DNA of 64,000 bases from Longimicrobiales bacterium. GTDB taxonomy: Bacteria; Gemmatimonadota; Gemmatimonadetes; Longimicrobiales; Gaopeijiaceae. Below the pieces are notes generated by a model. It did not search any database. It was not told the DNA's origin and saw only the letters and a program-made list of their open reading frames with translations. The translations under genes and the position numbers were made by a program. Of the stretch, positions 11,101 to 21,112 are shown piece by piece. Each line of letters starts with the position of its first letter. The first letter of the stretch is position 1. The stretch is taken from NCBI GenBank assembly GCA_041690395.1, contig JAWLHJ010000004.1:1-64000 (forward strand), in the 5' to 3' direction.

Positions 11101-11220
11101 CTGGATCACGCCTTCCTGCGCCACGGCTGGGACGGCGCCCAGCAACATGACAAGGAGCGCGACGGCTACTGCCCTCCCCCTCCCCCTCGCGATGCAACGC
11201 TGACTTCCCGGACTTCTCAT
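8200..11220 (-). CDS. SusC/RagA-type TonB-dependent transporter (copy 1)
   Basis: Signal peptide, N-terminal carboxypeptidase-reg-like domain, LDEIVVTG, PLIYVDGV, DINPADIERIEVIKGAAAATLFG, GNPDLKPERS; AAGGAGG RBS. Confidence 0.9.
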   Translation of the reverse strand: MRSPGSQRCIARGRGRAVAVALLVMLLGAVPAVAQEGVIQGQVTDQATLRPLNSAQVFISGMNIGALSDVRGQYRVEGVPSGQVTVEVRLIGFAAETQTVTVPAGGSVTLDFALRSQAVDLDEIVVTGTGAPAQRRQLGQTINSVGAEELEEAPITGVADALFGRVPGIGGQAMGESGAATAITLRGVASLNTALRNEPLIYVDGVRMENRTYSVGGTATNRLGDINPADIERIEVIKGAAAATLFGTEASSGVIQIFTKRGAVQAPVWTFGIDQQLIHLPNSKWKPQAGYVSASSAVGQSNPALIGTVVTDLPAEDWIDIGHYQNYTMAVRGGSPSIRYSVSGRLQDEDGHSPNHGSGNRSLRTGFDFTHSERFRSAVDMSVVRSDLTASWPSWSSIASDFLLANPANATERFTHGESEMPVAERLTMQDEMVTTNVMLNASLFFDVTDDISATFRVGHNDVVRKRTRFAAEGDYAGRPGVRQIQNRSSYATTLDGSINWSTDLTGSISSTTTVGGQSFWEGINSENAQKSEFSSPTLSTFSGATVISSLTEDQEDVINAGFFVQQQFGFDDRLFLTGGLRMDGNSAFGEDFGLTTYPKVGFSWVLSDYDFFSIPGVESFRLRGAIGASGLQPGAFDAQRTWDPGVFAGGVPQIEPNNLGNPDLKPERSTERELAIEAGLAGGRIGLEAVYFNQTTSDALMSVSPPPSSGFTSTQLRNIGEMQSWGLEFIADARIIESAGLGWDVNASYTYIDQEITDMGGIPDIRLSTRRRWGWLAEGHRPGVLIGPKQDPANPYTLTVADASLLTSTSQIQPNVLRNDDGSEALVVHGDALPSWTVDFGSTFRFGENLSIRTIFTGAGGFLMSNETEVLRQSLGINEFGANTVRILADPASTAEQKAAAAQAYGEKHWAVVPSFFEKGDFLKFSELSVSYDLPLELSQRVGLGRTSISVGGRNLHTFTGYSGLLDPGVSAAGQSLGGSIFESNIDYISAPTPRRYVFSIRTTR

Positions 11221-11340
11221 CGATCCCTCCTTGAGCGTGGGCAAACAACACGAGGTCGCAGTTCTCTTCCGTCCGTTCTCCTTGTCCGTTTGACTGGTCC
11301 GTATCCGCGCCTCGCCCCTACCTGGGCTGGCCTTCGAGCC

Positions 11341-11370
11341 TCAGATGGGCGTCCGATCCGCAAATGTCAA
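11341..11370 (-). promoter_or_regulatory. Possible sigma70-type promoter for susC1
   Basis: TTGACA - 17 nt - CATCTG; perfect -35, weak -10. Confidence 0.3.
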
Positions 11371-11450
11371 GGGGTGGCGACCGTCTCGGGTGCCATGGAT
11401 CGTATGCCCGCCAGATGTGCCTCGCTCTTCGCCGGGTCGATCCGGCCCGC

Positions 11451-11927
11451 TTACCAGCGGCCCGTGAACGGCGAGGTGTCGGGTGGCGGCTGCGGGGCGC
11501 GGCTCCCGCCCTCGCCCCGTATGTCGAAGAGATCCGCGATCATGACCACGGCAAGCACCGCGGCGCCTCCGACCAGGGCAAAGGTCCGTCCGCGGTGGAG
11601 GCTGGGGACGGTGACCTGGACGATCCCCGACCGCGGAAGGGTGACGGACTGCCGAAGGTCCTCCACGGTGGTGCTGAAGTAGGAAGGCACGCTCAGCTCG
11701 GTCGCGATCGTGAGCGAGTCCGTCGTGAGCCTGACGAACTCACCCCGGAACTCGGTGACACCGACCTGTGGCCGCCCCCCGTCCCCGGCACGCTCATCGG
11801 GGGTGACGAGTACGCGCACGTCCTCGCCGCGCCCTATGGTCGTGATATCCGCCGGAACGGGGACGTAGCAGGCCGCGAGGACGGGCACCAGGAAGACGAG
11901 GAACAGCCGGACGACCCAATTCTCCAT
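11451..11927 (-). CDS. Small putative lipoprotein with C-terminal hydrophobic helix (paralog of 17855-18349)
   Basis: GGAGGAG RBS; lipobox LAAC-YVP; C-terminal LHRGRTFALVGGAAVLAVVMIADLFD followed by a Pro-rich tail. Confidence 0.7.
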   Translation of the reverse strand: MENWVVRLFLVFLVPVLAACYVPVPADITTIGRGEDVRVLVTPDERAGDGGRPQVGVTEFRGEFVRLTTDSLTIATELSVPSYFSTTVEDLRQSVTLPRSGIVQVTVPSLHRGRTFALVGGAAVLAVVMIADLFDIRGEGGSRAPQPPPDTSPFTGRW

Positions 11928-12218
11928 ACACTCCTCCGTCGAGCCCGAGAATCCCCGCCCATCAAGGGACATGAGGGGCGGGTGAGACACCTTCGCACGA
12001 TCAGCGGATCCGCTCGTAGGCTGCGCAAACACGCTCTCCGAAAGCTCATGGCGTGCACCGCACGATGGCGTTCCTACCCAGGTACGCTCCCCACCGTCGC
12101 ACGGCAAGGGGGACCACGTCCGCGGCCCGGAGCGCGCCTTGCGGCGAGCCACGGGCATCCGCACTCTGAGGCCCTCGACCGAAGTCGGTACGCATCCCGG
12201 AGACTCAAGGGGGGGACC

Positions 12219-13175
12219 ATGAAGGCCTCTGTCGCGATTCCACTTCTCGCCGCCGCGCTCCTCGGCGCATGCGGCGGCTCGGACACCGCCGACCAGGCGC
12301 CCGACCAGACGCCGGACGCGGTCGAGGAGACCGCCAACCATCAGCTCGCCTGGGTCGATCGATCCGGCGAGGTCCTGGGGACGGTGGGGCCCAGGATGAA
12401 CTCGATCCTCGACCCGTCCATCGAGCCCGGGGGCACGAGGATCCTCGTGCGTGGCCGGGAGACGGAGGGGCAGACCGACTACCTCTATATACTGGAGGGA
12501 GCGAACGCCCGACGCCTCACGGACAACGAGGGCTTCGAGCGGCACATGATCTGGTCGCCGGACGGCTCTCGTGTCGCCTACTCGATCCAGAACCCGGGCG
12601 GCGTCTCGAACCTGTACGTCCGCGCGGTCGACGGCTCGGGCGGTGACCAGCCTCTGGTCGTGAGCGAGGGCATGCACAAGTGGTATCCGTCGTGGACGCC
12701 CGACGGTTCGACGGTGGTCTTCCACACCAACAACCCGGACACGCAGGCCAGGGACCTCTGGTACGCGGACGTGTCCACCGGAGAGACCGGCGTACTCGTC
12801 GACGACGACGGCATCCAGGCCCTGGCCCGGCTCTCTCGCGACGGGCGCTTCGTCGCCTACCAGTCCGATCAGACCGGCGAGACCGAGATCTGGGTGACCA
12901 CCTTCCCCGCCTCGGACGAGCGCTGGCAGGTCTCGACCAACGGGGGGACGTGGCCGAAGTGGAGCGACGACGAGCTCTTCTACTGGGAGGGCAACACGCT
13001 CATGGCGGTGCCCTTCACCGCCGACGGCGGGTTCAACCCGGGGACGCCCACCGCGCTCCTCACCGGCGCCGACGTCGGCATGGGTGCGGACAACATGATG
13101 ACGTCCTACAACCCGGAGTACGACGTGACGGCCGACGGGACCCGCTTCGTGGTGACCCAGCGACTCGACGGCTGA
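12219..13175 (+). CDS. TolB/PD40-like beta-propeller lipoprotein
   Basis: Lipobox LGAC; blade motifs WSPDGSRVAY, PSWTPDG, LSRDGRFVAY, YDVTADGTRF. Confidence 0.8.
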   Translation: MKASVAIPLLAAALLGACGGSDTADQAPDQTPDAVEETANHQLAWVDRSGEVLGTVGPRMNSILDPSIEPGGTRILVRGRETEGQTDYLYILEGANARRLTDNEGFERHMIWSPDGSRVAYSIQNPGGVSNLYVRAVDGSGGDQPLVVSEGMHKWYPSWTPDGSTVVFHTNNPDTQARDLWYADVSTGETGVLVDDDGIQALARLSRDGRFVAYQSDQTGETEIWVTTFPASDERWQVSTNGGTWPKWSDDELFYWEGNTLMAVPFTADGGFNPGTPTALLTGADVGMGADNMMTSYNPEYDVTADGTRFVVTQRLDG

Positions 13176-13193
13176 CCGTAGCGCAAAACGACT

Positions 13194-13237
13194 GGGCCCC
13201 GTGGGAGGCTGGCTCGCCTCCCGCGGGGCCCTTTCTT
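13194..13237 (+). terminator. Intrinsic terminator
   Basis: gggccccgtgggaggc / gcctcccgcggggccc stem followed by tttctt. Confidence 0.7.
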
Positions 13238-13268
13238 CATGCCTATTCGCCGCGTTGAGAGCGACTCG

Positions 13269-14687
13269 TCAGTTCACGTAGACCGTCCGCGCGATGTCCG
13301 GCGTCAGGTTCGGATTGTTCGAGATCTCGTCCGGCGACGGCGGCCAGCGCAGGTGGACACCCGCGTCCTGGTTCTGGGCAAACCACCGATAGGGCATGAT
13401 CTCGTAGTATCGCATGTCCTGCCAGCGACGCATCTCCATCCAGAACTCGGCTCTACGCTCATGGATGATCTGAGCCTGAATCTCCGCCTCGTCCGCGCTG
13501 GCGAAATCCGGTAGGTCGGAGATCGGACGCGCGGGTGGCCACCCCCTAGAGGCGGGAGCCCAGTCGCTCGCGCTGACACGGGCCCGTGCCGCCTCACGGA
13601 CCTCGTTGATCCAGTCCACGGCCTCGCCAGGCTCGCCGTCGAGCAACCGCGCCTCGGCGATGATGAGCATGGCTTCGGCAGCGCGGCTGATCGGCAACGG
13701 CGCCTCACGCGCGGCGAACTTCAGGTTGAAGGACGTGTTGCCGAGCGCCTCCGCGTAAACCGCGTCCTCCTCATGGGGCAGACGGGGATCCCAGTCACCG
13801 GTCACCGGGTCCTCGACGAAGAGGTAGCTCTCGTCCATCCGGTTCACGCCGCCGAACGGCCCGCCGAGCTCGGCCATGTCGTTCGAGCCGCCCGGGGCCC
13901 CGAACTCGAGCGCCACCTCGTAGTCGGGGTCCGCGGCGAGCGCGGCGAGCGCCGCGGCCTCCGCCTGCGCGAAGAGGCTCGGGTCGTCGTTACCCCGGAG
14001 ATGGAGCTCTTCGAAGTAGAGAGCCCGGTAGGCACGCGCCACCTGTCCGAGCGCGGCGGCCTCGTAGTTCGCGTCACCCGCGGCTCCGGCCACCGTGGCG
14101 GCGGCCTGGAACTTCGTGATGGCGTCCTCGATCACGTCGATGGGACCCCGGAGTCCGTCCTCGGGCCCGTACACGATCACGTTGTAGTGATCCGCCATGG
14201 CCATCCGGGCGACCCCACCGAAGAAGTGGGACTTCGCCACGCGCATGTCTGCCCCCGGATTCGGCACGAGCACCGAGATCCGCTCGACCATCTCGTCGGC
14301 CAGCCACCGGGCCTGCGCCAGGCCCCTCCAGTGTTCTTCCACCGACGAGTTCGACGCGAGGCGGTTGCCCCTCATGGCATCGATGTTCTCGAGCTGCGTG
14401 CTCGGGTGGAAGATCTCGCCGTTGAGCAGGCCGCTCCTGACGTTGAGGCTCGAATAGGTTCCTGTGATGTTGCCCTCGGCCGTGTTCCCGAGCGCATCCA
14501 ACAGCCCGGGCGCGGCGAGATCCTCATCCAGCAGGCTCCCCGGGTTCTCGACGTCGAAGATGCCGTCACATCCGGCGACCGACAGGGCCAAGCCCAGCGC
14601 AAGGGTACCGATGGCGTTCCTCATGATCCAACGCATCCGTCGACTCCCGGTTTTGGTTTCTGTGGTCTCCATGATTCGGGCCCTCAT
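13269..14687 (-). CDS. SusD/RagB-like outer-membrane lipoprotein (copy 2)
   Basis: Lipobox VAGC-DGIFDVENPGSL, similar to copy 1 (CDDIFEVENPGSL); ERRAEFWMEMRRWQD; TGATG overlap with susC2. The start could be 14672. Confidence 0.8.
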   Translation of the reverse strand: MRARIMETTETKTGSRRMRWIMRNAIGTLALGLALSVAGCDGIFDVENPGSLLDEDLAAPGLLDALGNTAEGNITGTYSSLNVRSGLLNGEIFHPSTQLENIDAMRGNRLASNSSVEEHWRGLAQARWLADEMVERISVLVPNPGADMRVAKSHFFGGVARMAMADHYNVIVYGPEDGLRGPIDVIEDAITKFQAAATVAGAAGDANYEAAALGQVARAYRALYFEELHLRGNDDPSLFAQAEAAALAALAADPDYEVALEFGAPGGSNDMAELGGPFGGVNRMDESYLFVEDPVTGDWDPRLPHEEDAVYAEALGNTSFNLKFAAREAPLPISRAAEAMLIIAEARLLDGEPGEAVDWINEVREAARARVSASDWAPASRGWPPARPISDLPDFASADEAEIQAQIIHERRAEFWMEMRRWQDMRYYEIMPYRWFAQNQDAGVHLRWPPSPDEISNNPNLTPDIARTVYVN

Positions 14688-17662
14688 CAGAAGGTGGCCC
14701 GGAGGGAGAAGACGAACCGCCGGGGAGGCGGTGTCTTGAGGTAGTCGACGTTCTGGGTGAAGACGTTGTCACCCGTCCCGGCCTCGAGCCCGCGGGTGCC
14801 CGGGTCGATCCAACCCTTCTTGTAGTCGCTGAAGTAGTCGGAGAAGACCACGACGTTGCGAACGCCCAGGCTCATGGTCATGCCCGACGCGCCCAGGCGG
14901 GACGCGAAGGTCTCCGGCAGACGATAGGCGAGATTGGCCTCCGCCCAGCGCAGGTAGTCGCCGGCGTAGATGGTGTTGCTGATGACGCCGTTGTGCTTCC
15001 GTCCATACTCGTCCACCAGGGCCTGCCTCTCCTCGAGAGGCACGTTCGAGTCCGGGTCCAGGGCCTGCTCGAGGCGGGCCACGAGCGGGCTGTTACCGAT
15101 GGCGTTGCGCAGGTGATCGGTCTCGTTGGAGACGATGAAGCCACCCGCGCCTTCGAAGACGTTACGGAACGAGAAGTTGCCGAAGTCCATGACGCTGCCG
15201 ATGTCGACGGTCCAGTTCGGCTGCGGCCGCCCGATGATGGCGAGGGAGTCGCCCCCGTTCGCGGCCTGGAGCAGATTCGGCGCGATGTCCTGGCGACTGG
15301 TGATCGTCTCGATGGGGCCGGAAAGGACATACGGTTGGTCCGGATCGACGATGGGCGCGATCCAGATCCCCGGCCACAGCCCCTCGTAGAGCGAGTGGAA
15401 GCGCCGCCGGCTTCCGAGGCGCATGTCGCCCAGGCCACCGAGGTCGTCGACCCACTGCTTCAGGTAGGTCGGGCTCAACGTCAGGGTCCAATTGAGCCCG
15501 GAGCCCTGGATGACCTGGGTCTGCGTGATCAGCTCGAGTCCCCAGCTCTTCAGCGTCCCGAGGTTCTGGAGCTGGGTCTCCGTGAACCCGGTGCCTGGCG
15601 AAGGCGGCACCGGCAGGAGCGCGTCGGTGGTCGTCTGGTTGAAGTAGATCAGCTCCGCGCCGAAGCGCCCGCCGAACATGCCGGTCTCGAGGGCGACCTC
15701 GATCTCCGTGGAGCGTTCCGGCTTGAGCTCCGAGTTGCCGAGATTCTCGGGCGTGATGTAGCCGCCGATGACACTGCTCTCGGGCTCCCACGTCCGCTGG
15801 GCGTCGAACGCCCCAGGCTGCAGGCCCGAGGAGCCGACGGCCGCGCGCAGCCTGAGCTCGTCCATGAAGCCGACGTTGAAGAAGTCGTGGTCGGAGACCA
15901 CCCAGGAAAGGCCGGCTTTGGGGTAGGCCTGGAGGCCGAAGTCGTCACCGAAGGCCGAGTTGCCGTCGAAGCGCGCGCCGACCGTGAGGAAGAGCAGGTC
16001 GTCCAGACCGACCTGTCCCTGCGCGAAGACACCCGCGTTGATGACCTCTTCGAAGTCCTCGGAGACGCCGGTGATCTGGGCGCCACCGCTCAGCGTCTTC
16101 AACGTCGGGGAGCCGAACTCCCGCACGGAAGACGATTCGGAGCTCCTCGCCTCGGCGAAGCTCTGACCGCCGAACGTCAGACTACCGGTCAGCCGGTTCG
16201 TGAGCTGGTTCTCCCAGTGCGTGCTGAAGTCGATCGTGGTCGTCGACCGCTGCCTGTTGGTCACACTGCGCGTTCCGGTGATCGACTCCGGCACGACGCC
16301 CTGCGGGAAGAAGCCGTCCTGCCGCGTATCGACCAGGTTGTACCCGACCTGCAGGGTCGAGCTGAGACCGTCCGCCCACTGATACCGGAGCTGGCCGCTC
16401 AGCAGCGTGTTGATGGAGTACTGGTAGTTCTCCGTCACGACCGAGGCGAGCGTCGGCGTGAACGTGCCGTTCGGGTTGCCCTCCGTCGCGAGCAGAGGGT
16501 TGCCGAGCATCAGGTTGCCGTAAAGGTCACCCCAGTTCGGCGTGGCCGACTGCAGGTTGCGGCGCACGACGCTCACGCTCACGTCGCTGGTGAGCCTCTC
16601 CGTGTGCGTGAAGTCGAAGGCCGCGCGCACCGACTGCATGGAAAGCTCGTTGTTCGGAGAGGGATTCACCTCGTCCATGACCCGCCCGGACACGTAGTAG
16701 CGCGTGCCCGGCGAGCCTCCCTGCACGGACAGCGTGTAGTTCTGGTGGTACCCGAACTCCTCGTAATCGCCGTAGGGATGGTCGCAAACGAGATTGTTCG
16801 CGTCCGAATCGTAGCCGCAGTTCTCCTCGAACTCCCGCGGGAACTGGAGATGCTGGAGGTCGGTGGAGAAGCTGTAGACCGGGGCGCCGGTCTGCCCGCG
16901 CTTGGTGAAAATCTGGATCACGCCACTCGAGGCCTCGGTGCCGAACAGTGTGGCGGCCGCCGCGCCCTTGATGATCTCGATGCGATCGATGTCCTGCGGG
17001 TTGATGTCCCCGAGACGGTCCGTCTGCACGGACTCGGCGCTCTCGGGGCTGTTCTCGATCCGCACGCCATCCACGTAGATCAGCGGACCCTGCCGCTGGC
17101 TGATGCTGGACGTGCCGCGCAGGATGATCTGGCTACCGGCGCCGGTCTGGCCACCGGACATCAGCCCCCGGGCACCCGGAAGGCGTCCCACCAGCGCGTC
17201 GCTCACGTTGCTGATCGGCGCCGTGTTGAGGGCTTCGCTCGACACCGATGTGATCGTCTGGCCGAGACGTCGGCGCTGCGTCGGCGCTCCGGTACCGGTC
17301 ACGACGATCTCATCGAGATCGAGGGCGACCGACTCGAGCGCCAGGTCCACCTCCGTGGTCCCGCCCGCGGTCACCGCCACCTCCTGCGTCGCCGTCCCGA
17401 ACCCGATGGACGACACCGAGAGGGTGTGCGTGCCGACCGGCACGGAGAGGAGCAAGAAGCGCCCATTCGCCTGGGTGAGGCTCCCGACGTTCAGGTCCTG
17501 AATGAAGACCTGGGCGCTGGCGACGGGCTGCCCTGAGGATTGCACGGTGACCCGACCGGTCACCGAGCCGGTCTCCTGGGCATGGAGAGCCCCGACCGGG
17601 AGGAAGGCGAGGGCGACGAACGCCGCCGGGATCCATGCCGCGCGTACTAGCCTCGGACGCAT
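14687..17662 (-). CDS. SusC/RagA-type TonB-dependent transporter (copy 2)
   Basis: Same motif set as copy 1; C-terminal Phe (FVFSLRATF); AAGGAGG RBS. Confidence 0.9.
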   Translation of the reverse strand: MRPRLVRAAWIPAAFVALAFLPVGALHAQETGSVTGRVTVQSSGQPVASAQVFIQDLNVGSLTQANGRFLLLSVPVGTHTLSVSSIGFGTATQEVAVTAGGTTEVDLALESVALDLDEIVVTGTGAPTQRRRLGQTITSVSSEALNTAPISNVSDALVGRLPGARGLMSGGQTGAGSQIILRGTSSISQRQGPLIYVDGVRIENSPESAESVQTDRLGDINPQDIDRIEIIKGAAAATLFGTEASSGVIQIFTKRGQTGAPVYSFSTDLQHLQFPREFEENCGYDSDANNLVCDHPYGDYEEFGYHQNYTLSVQGGSPGTRYYVSGRVMDEVNPSPNNELSMQSVRAAFDFTHTERLTSDVSVSVVRRNLQSATPNWGDLYGNLMLGNPLLATEGNPNGTFTPTLASVVTENYQYSINTLLSGQLRYQWADGLSSTLQVGYNLVDTRQDGFFPQGVVPESITGTRSVTNRQRSTTTIDFSTHWENQLTNRLTGSLTFGGQSFAEARSSESSSVREFGSPTLKTLSGGAQITGVSEDFEEVINAGVFAQGQVGLDDLLFLTVGARFDGNSAFGDDFGLQAYPKAGLSWVVSDHDFFNVGFMDELRLRAAVGSSGLQPGAFDAQRTWEPESSVIGGYITPENLGNSELKPERSTEIEVALETGMFGGRFGAELIYFNQTTTDALLPVPPSPGTGFTETQLQNLGTLKSWGLELITQTQVIQGSGLNWTLTLSPTYLKQWVDDLGGLGDMRLGSRRRFHSLYEGLWPGIWIAPIVDPDQPYVLSGPIETITSRQDIAPNLLQAANGGDSLAIIGRPQPNWTVDIGSVMDFGNFSFRNVFEGAGGFIVSNETDHLRNAIGNSPLVARLEQALDPDSNVPLEERQALVDEYGRKHNGVISNTIYAGDYLRWAEANLAYRLPETFASRLGASGMTMSLGVRNVVVFSDYFSDYKKGWIDPGTRGLEAGTGDNVFTQNVDYLKTPPPRRFVFSLRATF

Positions 17663-17710
17663 ATTCCCTCCTTGGCGATGTCAACAAAGGCCGAATGGCC
17701 GGGGGCCGTA

Positions 17711-17732
17711 TTAACATCTTCCTTACATCTTT
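17711..17732. promoter_or_regulatory. 11-bp-period direct repeat, candidate transcription-factor site
   Basis: TTAACATCTTC / CTTACATCTTT in an AT-rich patch next to TTGCAA, between divergent genes. Confidence 0.4.
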
Positions 17733-17854
17733 GCAAGAGGGTTCAGGCACCCGTTCAGCGCCGTTGCCGCGCGCCGTTGCCGCGCCCCGCCGCGCCCCGT
17801 ACCATCATCCGTGGCGTCGACTTCGGTTCACTGCTCCAATGCCCGTGAGGCCCC

Positions 17855-18349
17855 ATGACGTTGCTGTGCAACGCGAGAGCCCTCCGGAGGAAGACGGTCC
17901 TCCTCCTTCTCCCGCTCGTCGTGCTGGGGTGCTACGTGCCCGAGCTCACCGATCCCACCTCGCTCCCTCCGGGAGAAAGCCTCAGGCTCGTGCTCACGCC
18001 CGAGGGGACCGCGCGCCTGGACGAGTTCACGCCGATCGGAGGACGGGAAGTCGCCGGGCAGCTGGTCAGCGCGACAGGCGACTCGCTCACGCTCACCGCA
18101 CGGCTCACGGGACCGTCGCGCGTCGGGGGGACCTCGTCCACGCTCAGGCAGACGCTGACGTTCTCGCGGATGGACATCCAGCAGGCGACGGTTCCCCGGC
18201 TCCACGTGGGTCGCACGGCCGCGGTCGTCGGCGGGGCCCTCGTGATCGCCGGTCTCCTGATCGCCGACGTCTTCGACTTCCGGGGAAACAGCCCGCCGGG
18301 GGATCCAGGTCCGGTGCCTCCCACGCCGTTCAGGCCCGGGTCCTACTAG
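17855..18349 (+). CDS. Small putative lipoprotein with C-terminal hydrophobic helix (paralog of 11451-11927)
   Basis: Lipobox VLGC-YVP; LHVGRTAAVVGGALVIAGLLIADVFDFRG followed by a Pro-rich tail. Confidence 0.7.
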   Translation: MTLLCNARALRRKTVLLLLPLVVLGCYVPELTDPTSLPPGESLRLVLTPEGTARLDEFTPIGGREVAGQLVSATGDSLTLTARLTGPSRVGGTSSTLRQTLTFSRMDIQQATVPRLHVGRTAAVVGGALVIAGLLIADVFDFRGNSPPGDPGPVPPTPFRPGSY

Positions 18350-18374
18350 CTCCCGCGGATAGCCCGTGAAGCAG

Positions 18375-18416
18375 GAAGGGCCGGACCCGCCTCGAGAGAG
18401 GCGAGCCCGGCCCTTC
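18375..18416. terminator. Hairpin between convergent genes
   Basis: gaagggccgg..cgcctc - gaga - gaggcg..ccggcccttc. Confidence 0.55.
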
Positions 18417-18450
18417 ACATCATTGTGACGCCGATGTGCGAGGCGTGCGC

Positions 18451-18933
18451 CTACTGGATTCGGTGGTAGGTCGCGTGCCCGACTCCGGTGATCTTCCCAT
18501 CCGCGTCCAAGCGGACGTATTCGTTCTCGATCCTGTTTCCGTCCGCGGACAGCGTATTGATGATGACCTGTGTCACCCGACCGTTCCGCCGATTCGTGAT
18601 CCTAGTGCTGCGATCGTCGACGAACTCCACCGCGGTTTCGGAGCCTTCCTGGCCGCGAACCTCCCGGAAGACGCCATCGAAGAGCGTGACGTAACCCCAC
18701 TCGTTCACTTCCCCGCGGGCGTTGGTGATCGTCACCGTGATATCCATGCCCCCGTCCTGATAGGGCGCGTACGTCATGATGTTGCTCGTGGGAGCCGGTG
18801 CGTCCTGCTGGATCCTCCAGACGCCGTATCGATCGGCCGCATCCTGAGCGGATGCGCCGGTCGGCATCACCGAGACCCCGAGAAGCAGGAACGCGAAAAC
18901 CCCGAAGGGCAGAGTGAAGGGGGTGGCGCGCAT
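18451..18933 (-). CDS. Secreted hypothetical protein, beta-rich (possibly lipocalin-like)
   Basis: AGGAG RBS; signal peptide ending ASA-Q; GVW near the N-terminus; LSADG and a terminal YHR. TTGCAG-17-TATCTG lies upstream at 18979-19007. Confidence 0.7.
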   Translation of the reverse strand: MRATPFTLPFGVFAFLLLGVSVMPTGASAQDAADRYGVWRIQQDAPAPTSNIMTYAPYQDGGMDITVTITNARGEVNEWGYVTLFDGVFREVRGQEGSETAVEFVDDRSTRITNRRNGRVTQVIINTLSADGNRIENEYVRLDADGKITGVGHATYHRIQ

Positions 18934-19178
18934 GCTGACTCCTGGTTGTGGTGACAGTCGCCCTCGAGGCGTCCCTACCAGATACGGTGCCCGCACTCGA
19001 ACTGCAAGAGGCGGCTCATGTCGACGGGTTCGGCTCGACGCGTTCGGCCACGAGTGCGGGCCGGCCTTCCCCCGACCCCTCGACTGCTTCTGGCGCCTCG
19101 CGGGTCCCGCGAGCATCTTGCGCACCGCCAGGCGCCCCGCGTCGATCGCCCGTTCGCTCCCCCTCACCCACCCCATCC

Positions 19179-20185
<1,007 letters not shown>

Positions 20186-20189
<4 letters not shown>

Positions 20190-21112
20190 CGTCCTCCGAG
20201 CCCGACCAGCTCCTATCCCCCGAATTCCTCGACGGGCTCGACGACCTGGAGTGGGCCGCCCGCATGGTGGCGCGCGGCCTGACGCACGGGGTTCATCCGT
20301 CCGCCCTCCAGGGACGGAGCGGCGAGTTCGACCGCCACCGCGCGTATCAGCAGGGAGACGATCTCCGCCATCTGGATTGGCGCCTGCTCGCGCGCACGGA
20401 CCGCCTCTACGTCCGCCGCTTCCGGGAGACGTCCAACCTCGAGACCATGTTCGTCGTGGATGCCACCCCCTCCATGGACTTCTCGGGCGAGGGGGGAAGC
20501 CCGACCAAGCTGAGATGTGCCGTGCTGCTCGCGGCCGCACTCGGGCACGTGGCCCGTGGCGCGGGCGACCTTCCCGGTCTCGTCGTGACCGGCGGGCCGG
20601 ATGGGGAGCCCGCCGCGCTCCTCCCCGCCCGGGCGGGCCGTGAGCGCTGGCGGGCCTTCCTCCACGCGCTCCAGCGCACCGTGCCGGGAGCGCCGGCATC
20701 GCTCGCCCGGGCGGTCGAGCTGACGGGCGATCTACTCCCTCGGGGCGGCCGCGTGGTCATCCTCTCGGACTTCCTCGACGAAGACGATCTTCCCGCGCTC
20801 GTGAAGGCGACCGGGCAGCTGCGGGCCGGGGGCGCGGAGGTGATGGCCGTGCGGATCCTCACGCCGGAGGAGCTCGGTGAGAAGGGCGGCGACGACGCGC
20901 TCTGGGCCGACCCCGAGGATCCCGAGCGCCCGGTTCCGGGAGCGCCCTCCAAGGACGCGGCCTACCTCACCCGTCTCCACGCCTACTACCGGACGTGGGC
21001 TGCCCACCTCCGGGAGCAGGGCGTGCTCTGGCACGAGGCGCGCACGACGGACCCGTTGATCCCCCTGGTCCGCGCATGGATCCGGGAGGGCGCCGGCGGG
21101 CAGCCGCGGTGA
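20186..21112 (+). CDS. DUF58 (VWA-like) protein
   Basis: EFDRHRAYQQGDDLRHLDW..LARTDRLYVRRF; MIDAS-like DATPS; ILSDF; TTGA overlap with moxR. Confidence 0.9.

Noticed and set aside
11221..11450. Riboswitch in the long susC1 leader
   Set aside because: No cobalamin, TPP or SAM consensus elements recognised; an Rfam scan would settle it.
8188..11682. Very long antisense ORFs (1164 aa here; also 14993-17536, 40114-43017, 46142-48718, 58183-60288)
   Set aside because: They are shadows of well-supported opposite-strand genes in high-GC DNA and show no recognisable motifs.
17758..17799. Short GC tandem repeats (gcgccgttgccgc x2), possible CRISPR or VNTR
   Set aside because: Only two units, no spacers and no cas genes.
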